A stretch of 62,933 nt of DNA, filler included, from Rhabdomonas costata (lineage: Eukaryota): assembly GCA_019059605.1 (NCBI GenBank). It is 38 parts of 38 records of this genome, joined end to end, with 100 filler letters (N's around TTAATTAATTAA, not from the genome) between each part and the next. Parts side by side here need not be neighbours in the genome. Positions count along the whole stretch, not along the records: positions 23,241 to 24,799 come from JAHMHO010013065.1; positions 24,900 to 26,458 come from JAHMHO010013066.1; positions 26,559 to 28,117 come from JAHMHO010013067.1; positions 28,218 to 29,776 come from JAHMHO010013068.1; positions 29,877 to 31,436 come from JAHMHO010013069.1; positions 31,537 to 33,091 come from JAHMHO010013070.1; positions 33,192 to 34,747 come from JAHMHO010013071.1; positions 34,848 to 36,404 come from JAHMHO010013072.1; 30 more parts are not named here. One strand, written 5' to 3'. Of the stretch, positions 24,358-38,061 are shown piece by piece. Numbering within the stretch: the first letter of the stretch is position 1; each line of letters begins with the position of its first letter. The position numbers and the translations under genes were made by a program. The notes under the pieces are model-generated. The model was not told the DNA's origin. It did not search any database and worked only from the letters and a program-made list of their open reading frames with translations.

Positions 24358-27300
24358 GTGCTGCGGGAGGCTGCCTAGAAAGAGCGCCACGGCGGTTCGA
24401 GCGGAGAGAGAGATAAACAAAGGAAGAAAAGTGTCAATTCCAAGACACAAAAAGAAAACCTGCGCACCGAGGAGCCAAAATAAGTACAACGATAAAATCG
24501 ACAGCACAAACACACAGAAAGACAGACACATAGATCAACCGACCCACCGACGGACACAACAAAACAAGATTTGGTGCATCTCCAAGTTGCCAGGCAACAC
24601 GATGCTTGCTTAGGATTCCCCCTTCCTCACCCTGCAGACAAGAAAGCTATATAATGGCAAAACTGACACAGGTTCACAAACAAAAACCAAATTAAGAGAG
24701 CGGGTTCGCATTGTATCACAGAATCCAATACAGGCCGAGCATGACAAAACCCTGAACCCAACGGTGCTGGCCAAACTTGCACCAGGTTAACAACCAAAAN
24801 NNNNNNNNNNNNNNNNNNNNNNNNNNNNNNNNNNNNNNNNNNNTTAATTAATTAANNNNNNNNNNNNNNNNNNNNNNNNNNNNNNNNNNNNNNNNNNNNG
24901 TGTGGGGTTTACGGTTGAGTAGTCCTATGACAGGTACATTGACCTGTCCGCGTTTAGCACAGTTAAACGTTTGCTTGCTGTGTTGTGTGAAGGAAATGCT
25001 GAAGCAGAGATATTCTATTTATAGCATGCGGCTCGAAACTCTGCGGTTTAGCACTGTTTCCTCCTGGAAAGACTACGTGGTAGGTGGGCCCAGAGCTACC
25101 TTACTCTTGGGTGGATATTTTATGACATGATCAGCGTGCTGGCATCCGAGGTAGTGTGTGTGTGTGTGTGCTTGTTCCCGTTTCAACGGCCAAACGGGGA
25201 CTCTGACGGGGAAACGTGCCCCCCCCCCTTTTTTTGAATTATGTCTTTGACACACGCGCTCACCAGGGTGCCCATCTTCCACATCGCGGAGAAAGGGAAT
25301 GAGAAAACATGAATCCTGGCGGATGCCTGTGGCGGACGCTACGTGCAATGGTACTTCCATCGGTCCTTTGTCAGCGCGAACCCCGCCACGGCAGCCTCAA
25401 CGGGAGCACGTGGAGATTGACGACGACGAGCCTGCGGACAAGTACTCTGCCCTTGATCGGTTGCACCGGTAAATGGGAAAAAACGGAAGACTTGCCAGAA
25501 GGTCATGTCGCAACCGTCCCCGGCAGAACAGGGATGCGAAGGAGTGTTTATTGCAGGCTTTGCAAAGAATCGATCCTTCATCTCTGAGGTGCTACGCAGC
25601 GAGCAGTGGCATCAGGTGGCACGGACTGGCCGGAGATATGCACAAGAGTTCACACCGATGTGTCGAATTTTGATTCGTTGACGTTTCGGAGCGGTTTTTA
25701 TCTCCAAGTTTGCTGTGGAAGAGTGATTTCCGGAATAGAGTCATTGCGCCTCGTAACCTTTGGTGGTGGAGCCGGGATGTCATGCCAAGAACATGCTTCT
25801 CAGAGTCTGGAAGTCAATTTTGGAGATGAAGTGCAGGTGAGACAAAAAGTTTGAAGGTTGGTCTGTTCTGCAGCTTTTTAGCCTGCCATCCTGAACTAAG
25901 TGTGACGGCACTTTGTGGATCGTTTATTTGGGGTGAATTGGAACGATTTGTTGACGTGTCGCTTTAGTAGTTTGGATTAACTTCTCCTGTCGTACGCCCT
26001 GTGCGCCGTGTATTTTGGTGTATGTTTCCCCCTCATCGGATTACCAATCGCGGATGCATTCTTGTCCTTGAACTGTTGAACTGCTGTGTGGAACGTTCGG
26101 TTTTCATGTCCTGTCACTTCGTTCCGTGTGCCGTTCCTCGTGCCCCTAACTTCCAGCTCCAAAGATCACTTCCATGTTTCCACCAGGGTGCCCGAGGGGA
26201 GAACCTGAACCTAGGGTGTTTCTTTGCTGGATTTTCTCATCCTGCTCGAGCGTTTGACGGCACACCTCGTTAGAGGATTCGGGCGCCGCACCCCAACGAA
26301 GGACTATGCAGCCCTTAACTTGCGTAAACCCGTTTCTGACGAAACCAACACCCACACCCTCACCAGTTTAGATACCGATTCCGCCCGCCGGGTTCATACC
26401 AATACGGGATGAAAACACAGCTTTGTCAAACACTAAAGGTCCACAGCACAACCCACCCNNNNNNNNNNNNNNNNNNNNNNNNNNNNNNNNNNNNNNNNNN
26501 NNTTAATTAATTAANNNNNNNNNNNNNNNNNNNNNNNNNNNNNNNNNNNNNNNNNNNNCCACCTCGCATTGTTTCGGCTTGTGGAATGTTTTCCTTCCTC
26601 TGGGTTGAGATTGCTTCAATAAACCTCTCTTTTCCTCGTGCTTCATAATGACGCTCCCGCATTGTTCTTGACCTTTCAGATATTCCCGTGACGTGCGTTT
26701 CTTCGTTTACCTGTTGTGAACGCATGCATGGCTTTTCCACCCTCGACGAAGCGTTGTCTTCGTCCGCAAATCTCCGTGTAATATTACTGAAGGTCCGCGT
26801 CTCTGTCTGTGTTTTCGTCTCCTTTGAGCAATCTTGCTTGAAAGGCCTCACAGCGCCTGGTCTCAAGGCATTCAAGGCCTGATGTTGACCCATGATGTTG
26901 ACCCATCTTGGTGAACTTTTGACTTTCAAAGGTGAAATGTAGCCGGTGATTTTCATTGCCGCTCAAGAGAAGGTGTGGAAAGCTCAATGTTAGCTCCATT
27001 TAAAAGGTGTGGAAACCTTAGCACTTATTTGCGCTTCTACAAGAGCTGAGGACACCATGGCAGGAGTGGGAGCGCACGCACTGTACCAAGGAGAAAGGGC
27101 GCGAAAGGACGAATGCCCTTCCTATGTTGTCATTCTTTTCCACTTCTTGGTCAGAAAGAAATTCTTCTTCTGGACAAAACCTTCTCAATGATGGAATTTT
27201 TTTTTAGGAAAAATTGACATCCTCGGGTGCGGGGCGCAAAACTTGCAGTTGGTATTAGAGTTATGCTCATTTGGCGTCACGAATGTCAAATTTACAGCAA

Positions 27301-29876
27301 CGCTCACAAAAAAATCAAAGCTAAGTGACCAAGAAAATCAAAGGACGCGGCCAAGAAGGCGACAGGAAGGAACCCGTAATACAACAACAACAAAGATTTT
27401 TTCTTCCCCTTGCGATGTTTCCCAGGACAAGTTGGGTCCAATGGATCTCGGGGCGCGCCTGAAAGCGTGCAAATCTCAAATGGAGTTTCCTTTTTCTTTT
27501 GGTGGACTGAACTCTGACCGTGTTCATGCTTTGCTGCTTTTTAGAATGACGAGGAAAGTCTTGCTCAGATTTTTACAGCGGCCACTTTGGTAAAGCGGTT
27601 TCTCCACAAAGTGGGTTTCGCCTCACTTCAGGTAACGTCGTGCTTGCGGGTTTTCTTGATTACTTCGTTTTTTAGGTCACTTTCACCCCCGTTGTTGTAT
27701 TTCAGGAAGCTCTTCGAGTGGCAGTTGGTCGCGGTGATTGGGTGTGCGTGCGTGTGCGCGCACACGCATTTTATTTTTTTTGACCTCGGCATTTTCGCTG
27801 GTGATAGTGATGTCAAAAAGTCAGTAGGGTTCACCATCGCATTTTTTTCTTTTGCGTGCTATTTTTTTTGTGGTGGACAACCCCCAAGAACCCGCTTTCT
27901 TCCTTTATACCTTTCCAAACACGACCCTGCTTGTGTTTCATATGAGTGACGTTTGCTTCGCAACTGCCAATAGCGGGAATGGGGTGACCAGGGCCCTGAT
28001 TTAACGGTAACCTAATAGTTCGGTCATCGGTTCTGCCAATTGTGGACCACAGTGGTCATCTTGAGGACGGGCTTGAGTCATGCCAAATTTTGATTTCATC
28101 TGCAGGTTCTGATCCGGNNNNNNNNNNNNNNNNNNNNNNNNNNNNNNNNNNNNNNNNNNNNTTAATTAATTAANNNNNNNNNNNNNNNNNNNNNNNNNNN
28201 NNNNNNNNNNNNNNNNNTTTGTTTTTGGACAAAACCGGGTTCTGAGTTTTTGGAAACGATGGAAGGTGTTGGTTTGAATTCAAAAGGGCTCTGTGGCTGT
28301 GCTTGCTTCTGTGGAGGTGGGTGTGGGTGTTGGAACTCAGGAGATTGTCAAGGCGGTCCAGAGTCATCCCGAGCTGACGGACGTCGCTGCGTTTATTAGT
28401 AGCCCTGCCTCTGGAGGGCAGCGATGGGTTTTGTGGGTTCTCGTCATTTAACATAATTGCGTTGGGTGGCGAATGCTCTTTTTTGTGCTTGTCACGTTTT
28501 CTCTTCCATGTTTTCTCATTCCCCTTAAATTGATTTGTCTCAGCCTATTTGCGATTATCCCGTACTTTTTTTGCTTGTCCCGTGTGGTTGTTTTTTTGCA
28601 CCTTCCTTGCCTAATAGCAGTCTCAGGTGCCCGCTTCAGCTGTAGCAAAGAAAATGGGTCTGCAGGGTAAATTAATCAGGAACCAGACTTTCCCCGGAAC
28701 CTCAACATCAGCGTAGTGGGGTTTGCGTTCTTGTATTTTCTCTTCCCTCCTCTTATAAATGAAACAAAAACCGCCATATGTTTGTCAAAGGGTGTTCGGT
28801 GTTCCCAAGATCATGGAGAAGCGGCTGTCGGGGCTATTATCCCATGCTTTGGGACCTCCTCAGCGGCTTCTAACGTGGCTCAACGAGAAGCTTGAGAAGA
28901 ACCTCTCTATTCTTCAGGTAAAAGGGCGATAGCATTGCCTTTTCTCCTCTCAGGGCGTCCCCTTCCTTGTTTTTGAACAATCTAAATGCACACTTCCTCT
29001 CGGCTAACGGTCCTCGAAGGAGTTGATTTGGACTCCCGCTGAAGCTCATCGAACCTCCGGTAGCTTTGGTTTGGTCTGGGTGGGTTGGTGGACCCAACCC
29101 GTGATACAACCCGTGATACAGACATAGTTAAAGGTCTCGGTTTCTTCACTACTCCGCTCTGAGATCCTTTTCCCATTTGACTGTGGCCGGGCTTGAGGTT
29201 GGAGTTTGGGGGCGGTGGGATTTCACAGCACTTAGGGTCCGCCACGGCGGATGGCAGCTCTTCTGAAAACTGCGTATGCGCCACGGGTGTTCCATTGACC
29301 CTAGTTCTTGCCGAGGTGGCTCCCCCGCTCTCCCTTGTGCTCTCCTATGTTTGTGTTTCAAAGCCAAAGTGACGCAGGCTTTTCTACTTTGAACAGTGCC
29401 TGGAGTATGATTTCGAAATGTTTCTGTTGAAGTTGTTTGTTTTTGGTTGGTTGGACATTTACCAGGCCTTAGTTCTTGAGTACAGGGGACACAGGGGTTG
29501 TGTGCATGAGTCAATGAAACTCATCAATTTCAAACGCAGGAAAGTACAGGCACATAAGTTGCCCATTTCTGCTTGCACGGTATGTGACTAAAATCTGGCA
29601 GCATCCGGGCGGCCGCAAGAGCCGGAACTATAGCGCTCAAAAAAAACCCTTCCCCTTCAAAGTTAGAAACACAACTCGCGTTCGTATAGTAAAAATCATG
29701 CAGGGCATATTTCTGCAGTGCCCACAAGCGAATTGAGCCTTCGGAGGAGGGCGCCCGTTTCCTTGCACAACAACACNNNNNNNNNNNNNNNNNNNNNNNN
29801 NNNNNNNNNNNNNNNNNNNNTTAATTAATTAANNNNNNNNNNNNNNNNNNNNNNNNNNNNNNNNNNNNNNNNNNNN

Positions 29877-29996
29877 TGCGGTGTTTCCTTCGCTACTGAA
29901 CTTGTGTTATGTGTTGTTGTAGGACTATTGGTGGGGTTGGTGCTTGCGAGTTTGCTGACGGTGTTGGAACGGAAGGTGTTGGGGTCAGGTCAACGG
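29877..29996 (+). pseudogene. nad1: Mitochondrial nad1 5' fragment (TM1 plus ERK motif); NUMT, gene module or chimeric piece
   Basis: LVLCVVVGLLVGLVLASLLTVLERKVLGSGQR matches ND1 VAFLTL.ERKVLG.MQ.R. Similarity stops abruptly before the expected GPN. Confidence 0.75.
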
Positions 29997-30001
29997 GGTT
30001 T

Positions 30002-30102
30002 TGTGTATGTGCGTGTTTGTGTTTGGTGGGGGAGGGGTTATGAGCACTTTAAAGCCGTGCGCACAACCCCTCCCCCACCAAACACAAACACGCACATACA
30101 CA
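30002..30102. repeat. Inverted repeat with perfect 38-bp arms (30002-30039 / 30065-30102)
   Basis: tgtgtatgtgcgtgtttgtgtttggtgggggaggggtt and its exact reverse complement. Confidence 0.95.
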
Positions 30103-30582
30103 CAACGCACACTGATTTGCATGGATTGAGTGACATCCACACAAGATGCACACACGCACACACGCACACACGGCCAAAACGCTCAGACTTCAAGCAAGTG
30201 GATAAACGCAGTTATACACACACATACTTGGTGCACTTGGCAAGGATGAATTTTTTTTGGGGAGAACTCGAGGTCCTCAAGGCAGTTACAAACCCACACC
30301 AACGAGCGAACTTTTTGAAGCAGTGCGATCCAAGAATCATGGGCACGATGCTTTCAACTGCTGCCAACAGATGGCGAAGAAAAGTCGATCTGGATAACCG
30401 ATTGCTTGAGGACCGTTCCCGCTGAATACGGACTGAGCATGTCTTCACCCTAAAGACAAGAATATTTTAGTCAAATTTTGGGTCAATTTATTACCATATT
30501 CTTGACAATCTTCTGCAAAAGTCTGATCCAAAACAAACATGAGGACACAAATCTTCCTCCAAACCACGGTGCGCGCACGTAC

Positions 30583-30806
30583 TGTGACGCTGAAGTCGGC
30601 GCCCGCGGCGATCGCGCGACAAGGGTCTCCCGCATCCCGAACTCCGCCGCGTCGTGAGGGCACGTCGTCATCGCCGCAGCACGGTCGCCCGGCGGGCCCG
30701 GGCGCAGCCGCAGCACTCCGCTGTCCAGGCTGGGCTGCAGCAGCGCCGCAGTCACGCCGTTGTTGTGGGCTGCCAGAGCGGCGGCGAACGGGAGGCGGGC
30801 AAGGTC
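30583..30806 (-). CDS. Internal exon of a hypothetical nuclear protein
   Basis: GC-rich open segment bounded by ttcag and gtacgt, reading DLARLPFAAALAAHNNGVTAALLQPSLDSGVLRLRP... Confidence 0.5.
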
Positions 30807-31578
30807 CTGAAACCACAAACACACACACACACAGCGGCGCAAAAACTCCAAAAATGTTACGAGACTGCCTATGCCAACGAGGCACTGAGTAGGCACTGAG
30901 TGGGAACACCAACCACCAACACTACCCTCTGCACGGCTAGATGCATGGGCCCTGGCGAGTCATTGCCTGTGTCAGTAGAAGTGTAAGTGCACGGGTGGCT
31001 GTGTGGGATTGGATTTTGTTCGAAATGTTTTTTGCTTGGTATTTTCCGAATTTTGAAGAACAAAAAATACAGAGAGACCTGAGTGGAGTGAAATGGAGAA
31101 AGTTAAGGAGGATGAGCGAAAAAGTGAGAAAGCTGCCCCTAGTCCTGCTTCTTATTCGACGACTTTTTGCTACAGCTACAACCTCATTAGGTCCAGCAGC
31201 GATTTTTGGGCTGCTGAAGGCCTCCTGCAGCAGAGCGTCATCACTTCCTCACTTCGGAAGCCAGGTGCAGGCCAAGACAAGAGGTGGGGGGAGTGGGGGA
31301 GTTTTCGTAGTCATATGCCCTAAAATTGACATTGATGCGGTTTTCTGGCGGTCGAGTCCAGAAGCATAGTAGAGTAGGGAACCGTATCGTTTGTTGTCAA
31401 ACGCTATTAACCCGTTTACCGTTACCCCCCCCCCCCNNNNNNNNNNNNNNNNNNNNNNNNNNNNNNNNNNNNNNNNNNNNTTAATTAATTAANNNNNNNN
31501 NNNNNNNNNNNNNNNNNNNNNNNNNNNNNNNNNNNNGGTTGGGTTTACCTTCCCAACCCCCCCCCCCCGGACCCTCAC

Positions 31579-31708
31579 CACTCTGCAAATGGTGCGACAG
31601 CAGCTCGAAGAGGTCCAGGGGCTGGTTAGGCTTCTCCTGCAGCAGCACCGCCAGGACGTCACTGAGGTGCTCCCACAGCGGGCTCTGCTTCAATTTTATG
31701 GGATCCAT
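31579..31708 (-). CDS. RSP4/6: Radial spoke head protein 4/6-like, first coding exon
   Basis: MDPIKLKQSPLWEHLSDVLAVLLQEKPNQPLDLFELLSHHLQ matches RSPH4A [33 protein letters not shown]. Donor is gtgagg. Confidence 0.75.
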
Positions 31709-34700
31709 GCTTGGTGGGGTGCACCGGAATGAGGGAGTTTCTGAGTTTCTAACACACAACAAGCAGAAAAGAAAAATATCTGCGCAGCAGGGAGTGCCAT
31801 GGGCGGTAAACTTTTGCTGTATCTCGCACTATCTTGAAGCGCTCCAACTAAAAAAGGTTTTAGGTTTGGTCCCAACCCGATCGAGAATGAGCAGATTTGG
31901 GGTGGAGAGCGAAGGGCATGTTATTCACCCGGTGCTGTGCAGGTTGGAAGGTAACAGTAACCGGTGGTAACAATTCTTTATGTTGGAGGATGTTTTCAAA
32001 CATCGTTAAGGCACCCCCCCCGCCACGTTCCCGCTCCCGCCGGCTGCTACGGCCGCGCCGCGTCGCTGGCCTTCGCCCCTAAACTAACGTTCGCGAGCGG
32101 TTAGCCAGCAGTCGTTTTCAGAGAAGCAAAAAAGAACATCTATGAAACACTGGAACCGTTAACCTGACCCCTTTCTAAAATTAAGTCATTTCGACAGTGC
32201 TGGCATCCTTTTCAAGTCATTTAAACCCAAAAAAAAGTTTGGATTTCTGTTACACAGGTTCCTTACCACATACCCCCAAATGAAAAACTTCCCTTGGGCC
32301 ATTTACTGGCAGCGTGGGCCAATTACCGGCAGCGGAAGTCCGGAACCAACACGTAAGCCACCCTCGAGGGAGAGGAAGGGCAAAGGAAGAGAACAGCATT
32401 TAGCTAAACTCTTAGGGCAGTGGTTCTATGATCCATGCGTGCGCGCGTCCATCCGACCGTCCGCTCGCGCGTGCGCATGCGTGCGTTTGACTTCACTTGG
32501 GCGACTAATTTGGGCCCAAGAGCGCACCGAAAGTGCTTGGGTATTCAGCCGGCACGTTTTGTGACATTTCGAGAGCTGGAAAGACCGTGCACCCAGTACA
32601 GTGGCTATGCATTCAGGCTGCATTTGCTATGCGCGGTGGGTTTTTTCGAGCTCAAGCTCAACAACAATAGATCGATCCATCGACCGCAGCGCACTTTTAT
32701 GACATTCAGAGGCCTCAGCAGAAAATCCTGGCAACCGTCGCCCGGATTGGGATCTTAAATTGGCCACCCAGCTCGCGTTGCTGTCGGACCAAACACTGTG
32801 GTGTGGCTGTCTAACAGTAAAGTCGAAAAATGCACTCCCACTTCCAATGGACAACGGATGCGAGCACGAGTTGCCACCGTTCAAAAACCGACACCACACA
32901 AGAGAAGAGGGAGAAGTTTACCAATCAAAACAGCACTCAACTTTCAATCAAGAGACATGCAAAAAAAACGCCCATGCACAGATTGAAACAAAGAATGGGA
33001 GGATCGCAAACTCCCCGCCCCGGAAAAAAGAAACCCGGAACCCCCTCAAACACACAACCTGTTTACCACCACCCCCAAACACACCCACCACNNNNNNNNN
33101 NNNNNNNNNNNNNNNNNNNNNNNNNNNNNNNNNNNTTAATTAATTAANNNNNNNNNNNNNNNNNNNNNNNNNNNNNNNNNNNNNNNNNNNNGGGGTTTGG
33201 TTGGGGACATTAATTTCTGAAATAAATTTGCATGGATCAATGTTCCAATATCGGAAGCGCAGTGCAGGCCTGCGTGGTTTTGCTTCGCAATAAAATTTGT
33301 TGTGCCGAGCGGCTTGAGTCAGAAGACCATGTAAAGGGACTTGTTTACGTTTGAGGCGCACGTCTGAGAGGCAAACTCAGAGTTTCGGCCCTCAGTTTTT
33401 GCTTTCTCCATCGAAGACGTATTCTCGTCCGACCGCGTCTGCCATCGTTTCTCGGGGTAAAATTTCCGACGGCAGCTTTGTGTGTTAGCCCCAGCCGATA
33501 TGGGCTTGCCTTTCTTCGTTGTCGCGCGCTTTGAGGCTCAAAGGAAAAGCCTGCTTTTGTTTTTGTGCAGCGCCTTGAGAGTGGCTCGCCCGTCCCTTCC
33601 CTGTCGTGTTGTGTTTCTCTCGGGCGCCTACTTCCGTTCGCCTGGTTTTCTTCTACCGTGCTGCTTTTTGAGGTTTTGTCTCCAGGACCCATTCCCACCA
33701 ACACAAAAAAGCAAGCGGAGGAAACAAAGCACAGCTATTCCGCACCCCCCTTCCCCCCAAACACATGACAAAACACAGGGGGCCCAGCACCACACAGCAG
33801 TTCGCGCACGCCACCGCTTTGCCCTCCAGATTCCATCGCGCGTTCGCGCCGCAAATGGAACAAACAACGCCTACTAAGGAAAAAACACAACCTATTGGTC
33901 TATCGGGCTTTCATTCGTGGTTTGTAAGGATGCGGTGCTGCCGTCAACGTCGCTCGGTGCGGGATTCCTTCCGATAAACATTTCACCCGGTTTTGGACCC
34001 ATTGGATGTCCAATTTAACCAACAAAAAAACCACCACCATCGCATAAAAGGTGGCGCGTGGCGCGGTGTAAAAGGGGAGGAACCTGCAATCTGGCGCCAA
34101 TGCGCCGGCGGCGAGAAAAAACAAAGCCCACCACGGCGGCGCACGGGGAGAACACCACACACAGAAGTAAGAAAGACTATGCCCAAAAACACAGGCACCT
34201 TAAGAGAGAGAAAACAAACCGCAAACAATGCAGAATAAGCGGGTTGGCGTGTGAAGGAAAAGCCTGCCTACCTGCAGGGTGGAAGGGTCAATGCGTTGTG
34301 TATAAGTGCTGTTGGTGTACGTGGGCTTTCTGTGTGTTGCCCTTTCGGCGTAAAGTGCTGTGGGGCGGTCGCCTCCTCCGCTTTGTGTCTGCTCCAGTTG
34401 GCGGCTATGCGGAGGGGTGCCCTCGGATTTGCATCCTGTTGTGCCGTGCCCGGTTGGTGGCCGCCATCAGCAACAACGCCTTAGGCCAGATAGCGACATC
34501 TGCCATCGGCGTCGAGCATCGACCATCGAGCGTAGCTCCATCCTGTTTCCGGGCTTCCCCGCCGGTACCGCTTATTCTTGGGGAGTGCCTCGACCAAGGG
34601 ATCTGCCTGCAAGTCCGCGGCCCGGGCGTGCAGCCTTCCATCCGGCACGGCTCGCGCGCAATGTCTTTCTTTGAGCATGGTCCGCATGGTGGGTTCCCAA

Positions 34701-36851
34701 CCCCGGGAATTTGGTTATTAGCTTGCCTTCGGTGTCGCCCACAAAAANNNNNNNNNNNNNNNNNNNNNNNNNNNNNNNNNNNNNNNNNNNNTTAATTAAT
34801 TAANNNNNNNNNNNNNNNNNNNNNNNNNNNNNNNNNNNNNNNNNNNNGGTTTTGTGGAAAAAAGCCGCTAACTGCGATGTGTCGGGATATGATGGGCTTT
34901 TCTGAATGGGGAGGGGGTTGTGTGACACAGTGCCTGTCCTGGGTCCTTTGCCGCAGCTTGTGCAGGCCGGGAAGCGAGTGTGCGGCCGTGTTCCCACCAT
35001 CGAGGCGTTTTCTGTAAGTGCTCCCTCGCCTTTCTTCTGGGTTCTTCGAATTTTCCACACAGTGGAGGCCTTCGTGACGCTGGGAGGAAACCCCGACAAG
35101 GTGCTGGCAAGACCCCCTTCTCCCTTTGCAGAAATGCACAATTGGACGCAATTCGACACCGTTCGAGAGACATTCCCCATGCGCCCGTGGGGCTCCGTGC
35201 TCCCAGCGCTTTGTAAAAGCTCAAGAAAGAAAATAGAGGAGGGGGGCCTGTTGTGCATCTCAATTCTCCATTTGATCCACGGCCTTCCGAACTGAGGCAT
35301 CAAGTCGTGGAGCAGCGTGATCAGCCCGGCAAGCTGTGCGGTGAGAATCTGCGAGGGACGCGGGGTCACCGCGGGACTCTCTGAGTAAGCATCAAGGGTG
35401 CGTGTGGTGGGAAATGGAACCGATGACCCCGAGGGGATCGAGAGGACTTCGATGCGGGTCAAAGACATGAAAAAGATTGCGCAGACAGAAAAGACACAGG
35501 GCCACAAAGAAAAGAAGGGGGACTGAGCAGGGCAAGGGGGTATTAACTCCCGCTTCGCCAGAAATGCAATTTCCAAAACTCAAAGAACCTCCAGAAACAT
35601 TTATTAAAAATCGATTGTTCCAAATTTGAAAAATTTCGACGGGGGTGGCTCGCGCCAGCATTGTCGCTGTCCGAGGAGCGTTCAAGCACCAGGCTGCGCG
35701 TGCGCGGGCGCAGTTGCCCCCCCTCCGGACAGGTGCACTCCGACAGCCGTCACGCGAGGCTGGCGTCCCCCTTGAGAGCTGCAACGTCTTCAGAAACCAG
35801 CTGCAAACGGAGCTCGAGGGTTTTGTTCCTCTGCTCCGGGAGAGCCTGCTGAAGTGGGGCCGCAACGGCTGACAGCGTCGCCTGGAGCGCAGCGAAATGC
35901 GACTGCAGGGACGCGAACAAGGCGCCAATATCCGGCGCGCCACCTGCGCCGACCATAAGGGGTGGCGATGAACCTGCGGGAGCGGGCGGGGTTACCACGG
36001 GAGGGGTGGGTTGCGGCAATTCGCCAATTCGGCAATAGTAGTAATATCCCCCCCCCCAAAAGTCTCTCACCAGGACGTTTAGTACTAAAGGAGCATCGCC
36101 TACCCCATGGAACGTGCCGACCGCCGACAACGTGCAGATCAACACAAAGAAATGGCCAGTAAGCATACCAGGGCACTAGAAAAGGATGTCAGAAATAAAG
36201 AAAATGAAGAAGAGCGATCACCGCGCCAAAACACAAGTACCCAATGCATTGAATCACGAGCTGAGCTCTGCCCATCGAATGCAGCAAAGTTAGAGTAGAA
36301 AGTAAAGAGGAGAGAGGACAACGCGTATACTTCCGACAAAGGAGGCCTGAAAGCCAAACATCTGAAGGCAACCCACTTACCTCCAACAACCGCCCACCCC
36401 CACCNNNNNNNNNNNNNNNNNNNNNNNNNNNNNNNNNNNNNNNNNNNNTTAATTAATTAANNNNNNNNNNNNNNNNNNNNNNNNNNNNNNNNNNNNNNNN
36501 NNNNTTGTTGGGGGGTAGGGGAAACCTCCGTGCGTGCTTCGCCTTCCCGAGCCCCCTGCATCGTTTCTATTCGAAACAGCAGGACATGCGCGGCCCACCA
36601 CTATCAAAGTCTCAGCCTGGGGAGGGGGCGCTCTGCGTCCTCACCGGTGTGGTTGACGACGACGAGCAGCCAAACCAATCGATTCCGAGAGGCCGAGGGG
36701 GGTGGATAGCCGGAGGATAACCAACCTATGTTCCTCCACACTTCGCCCACATCAAAGCTACCAATTGCCTAACCGGTAAAGCACGCAGGAGGGCGAGAAG
36801 GTGTCACACAAGAAAGGTATGCACCCAGCCGTGATGACGTTAATCACTCAC

Positions 36852-38061
36852 CTGGCGCACCTGTTGTGGAGATGGAGTAGGTAACGTAGCCCTGGTCATA
36901 GCAATCCCCACAGACATCATAGTCGTCTTCGAGGTTGCTGTATTTGGCATTGCCCGTCTTGTTGCAGACGTCGCAGCGGACGGTGGGAGTGCTGCGTGTC
37001 CCGCCGCTCTCCGTCACCCCACGCAGGGCAGAGACCCCTGAGCATTAAAAAGCCCTCCTCGTTGCGCAGTGCACTTTTAGCACAAAAGCACACTCACCGC
37101 GAGGAAATGAAATTGAAACCCTCCAAAAAGTTATGGTACGCTGCATATCAAAAGAAAGTGAGAGTTTCTGACGCACACAGCATACAATGAGAATGCTAAA
37201 GGAAAATTCACGCCACATCCGCAATTTTCTTTCGAAAGCGTACATTGGCGTTTCGTTTTGGTCACAATGGCAGAAACAATTTGACCGACAAAAAAACCAT
37301 CACCGCATCCCATTCAGACAATTCAAGTAAAAATCTCCTTCCAAACCTCTGCAAGTGCATATGATTCTCTTTCTTGCAGACGCCTTGACTCTTAGTCTTC
37401 AGATAAAACGGGGACTATAGCTGCCTACCAGCGCCGGGCAGAGGGCACACGAACCGAGATAACCCATAAAACCATGCCACTTTATCCAACAAGGAATTTA
37501 TTCAGGTGGGGGTGCAGTTGAAGAGAGGCGAGAGATGCTGAGTGGGCCGCGCATCAGGTCAGCTCAAATGGTGAGCCTTCGGGCAGACGAAGAACACACT
37601 CTGGGTGGTGTTGTGATTGGCCGCAAACCACACAGAAGGACAACCGAAGGGTGACTTTGGTCGGAGCGCAAAACCAAAGAAACCTGAACCTCCTTCTCCT
37701 CTCCTCGCTACTGGAATATTTTAAAAACAAAGTTCTCTCAGTGTGTGTGTTTGTGTGTGCGTGTGTGGGAGGATGAAGCAAATTGATTGATGCTTCCTTC
37801 GAAAGGCGCACCTTGGACGCACTGCAGGAGTGCCTCACCCCCAGCCGCGGGATCCCGGCGCTGCTCCTCCGGCAGAGCCCTGGAGAGTACAGCCACCAAC
37901 CCGGCGAGGCCCGCTCGGCAGCACGCCAGCAGATGCAGACGGGTGGTGCCACTCCGGTCCTCCACGGCGGGACACCAACGCGCCCCCGCCTCCAGCAATG
38001 CAGCGCACGCCCTCTCCATCCCCAACCGTGCGGCACACAGCAAAACCGTGGACCCCACACC
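36852..38061 (-). CDS. Ankyrin-repeat plus ZZ-like zinc-finger protein fragment (exons 37812-38061 and 36852-36991; an intervening exon is probable)
   Basis: GSTVLLCAARLGMERACAALLEAGA...SGTTRLHL is ankyrin-like; VRCDVCNKTGNAKYSNLEDDYDVCGDCYDQG is ZZ-like. Both have GT-AG boundaries, but phases do not join directly. Confidence 0.6.

Noticed and set aside
34800-36176. Long overlapping ORFs on both strands (258, 183 and 138 aa)
   Set aside because: No recognisable domains or consistent splice structure; expected by chance in GC-rich DNA.
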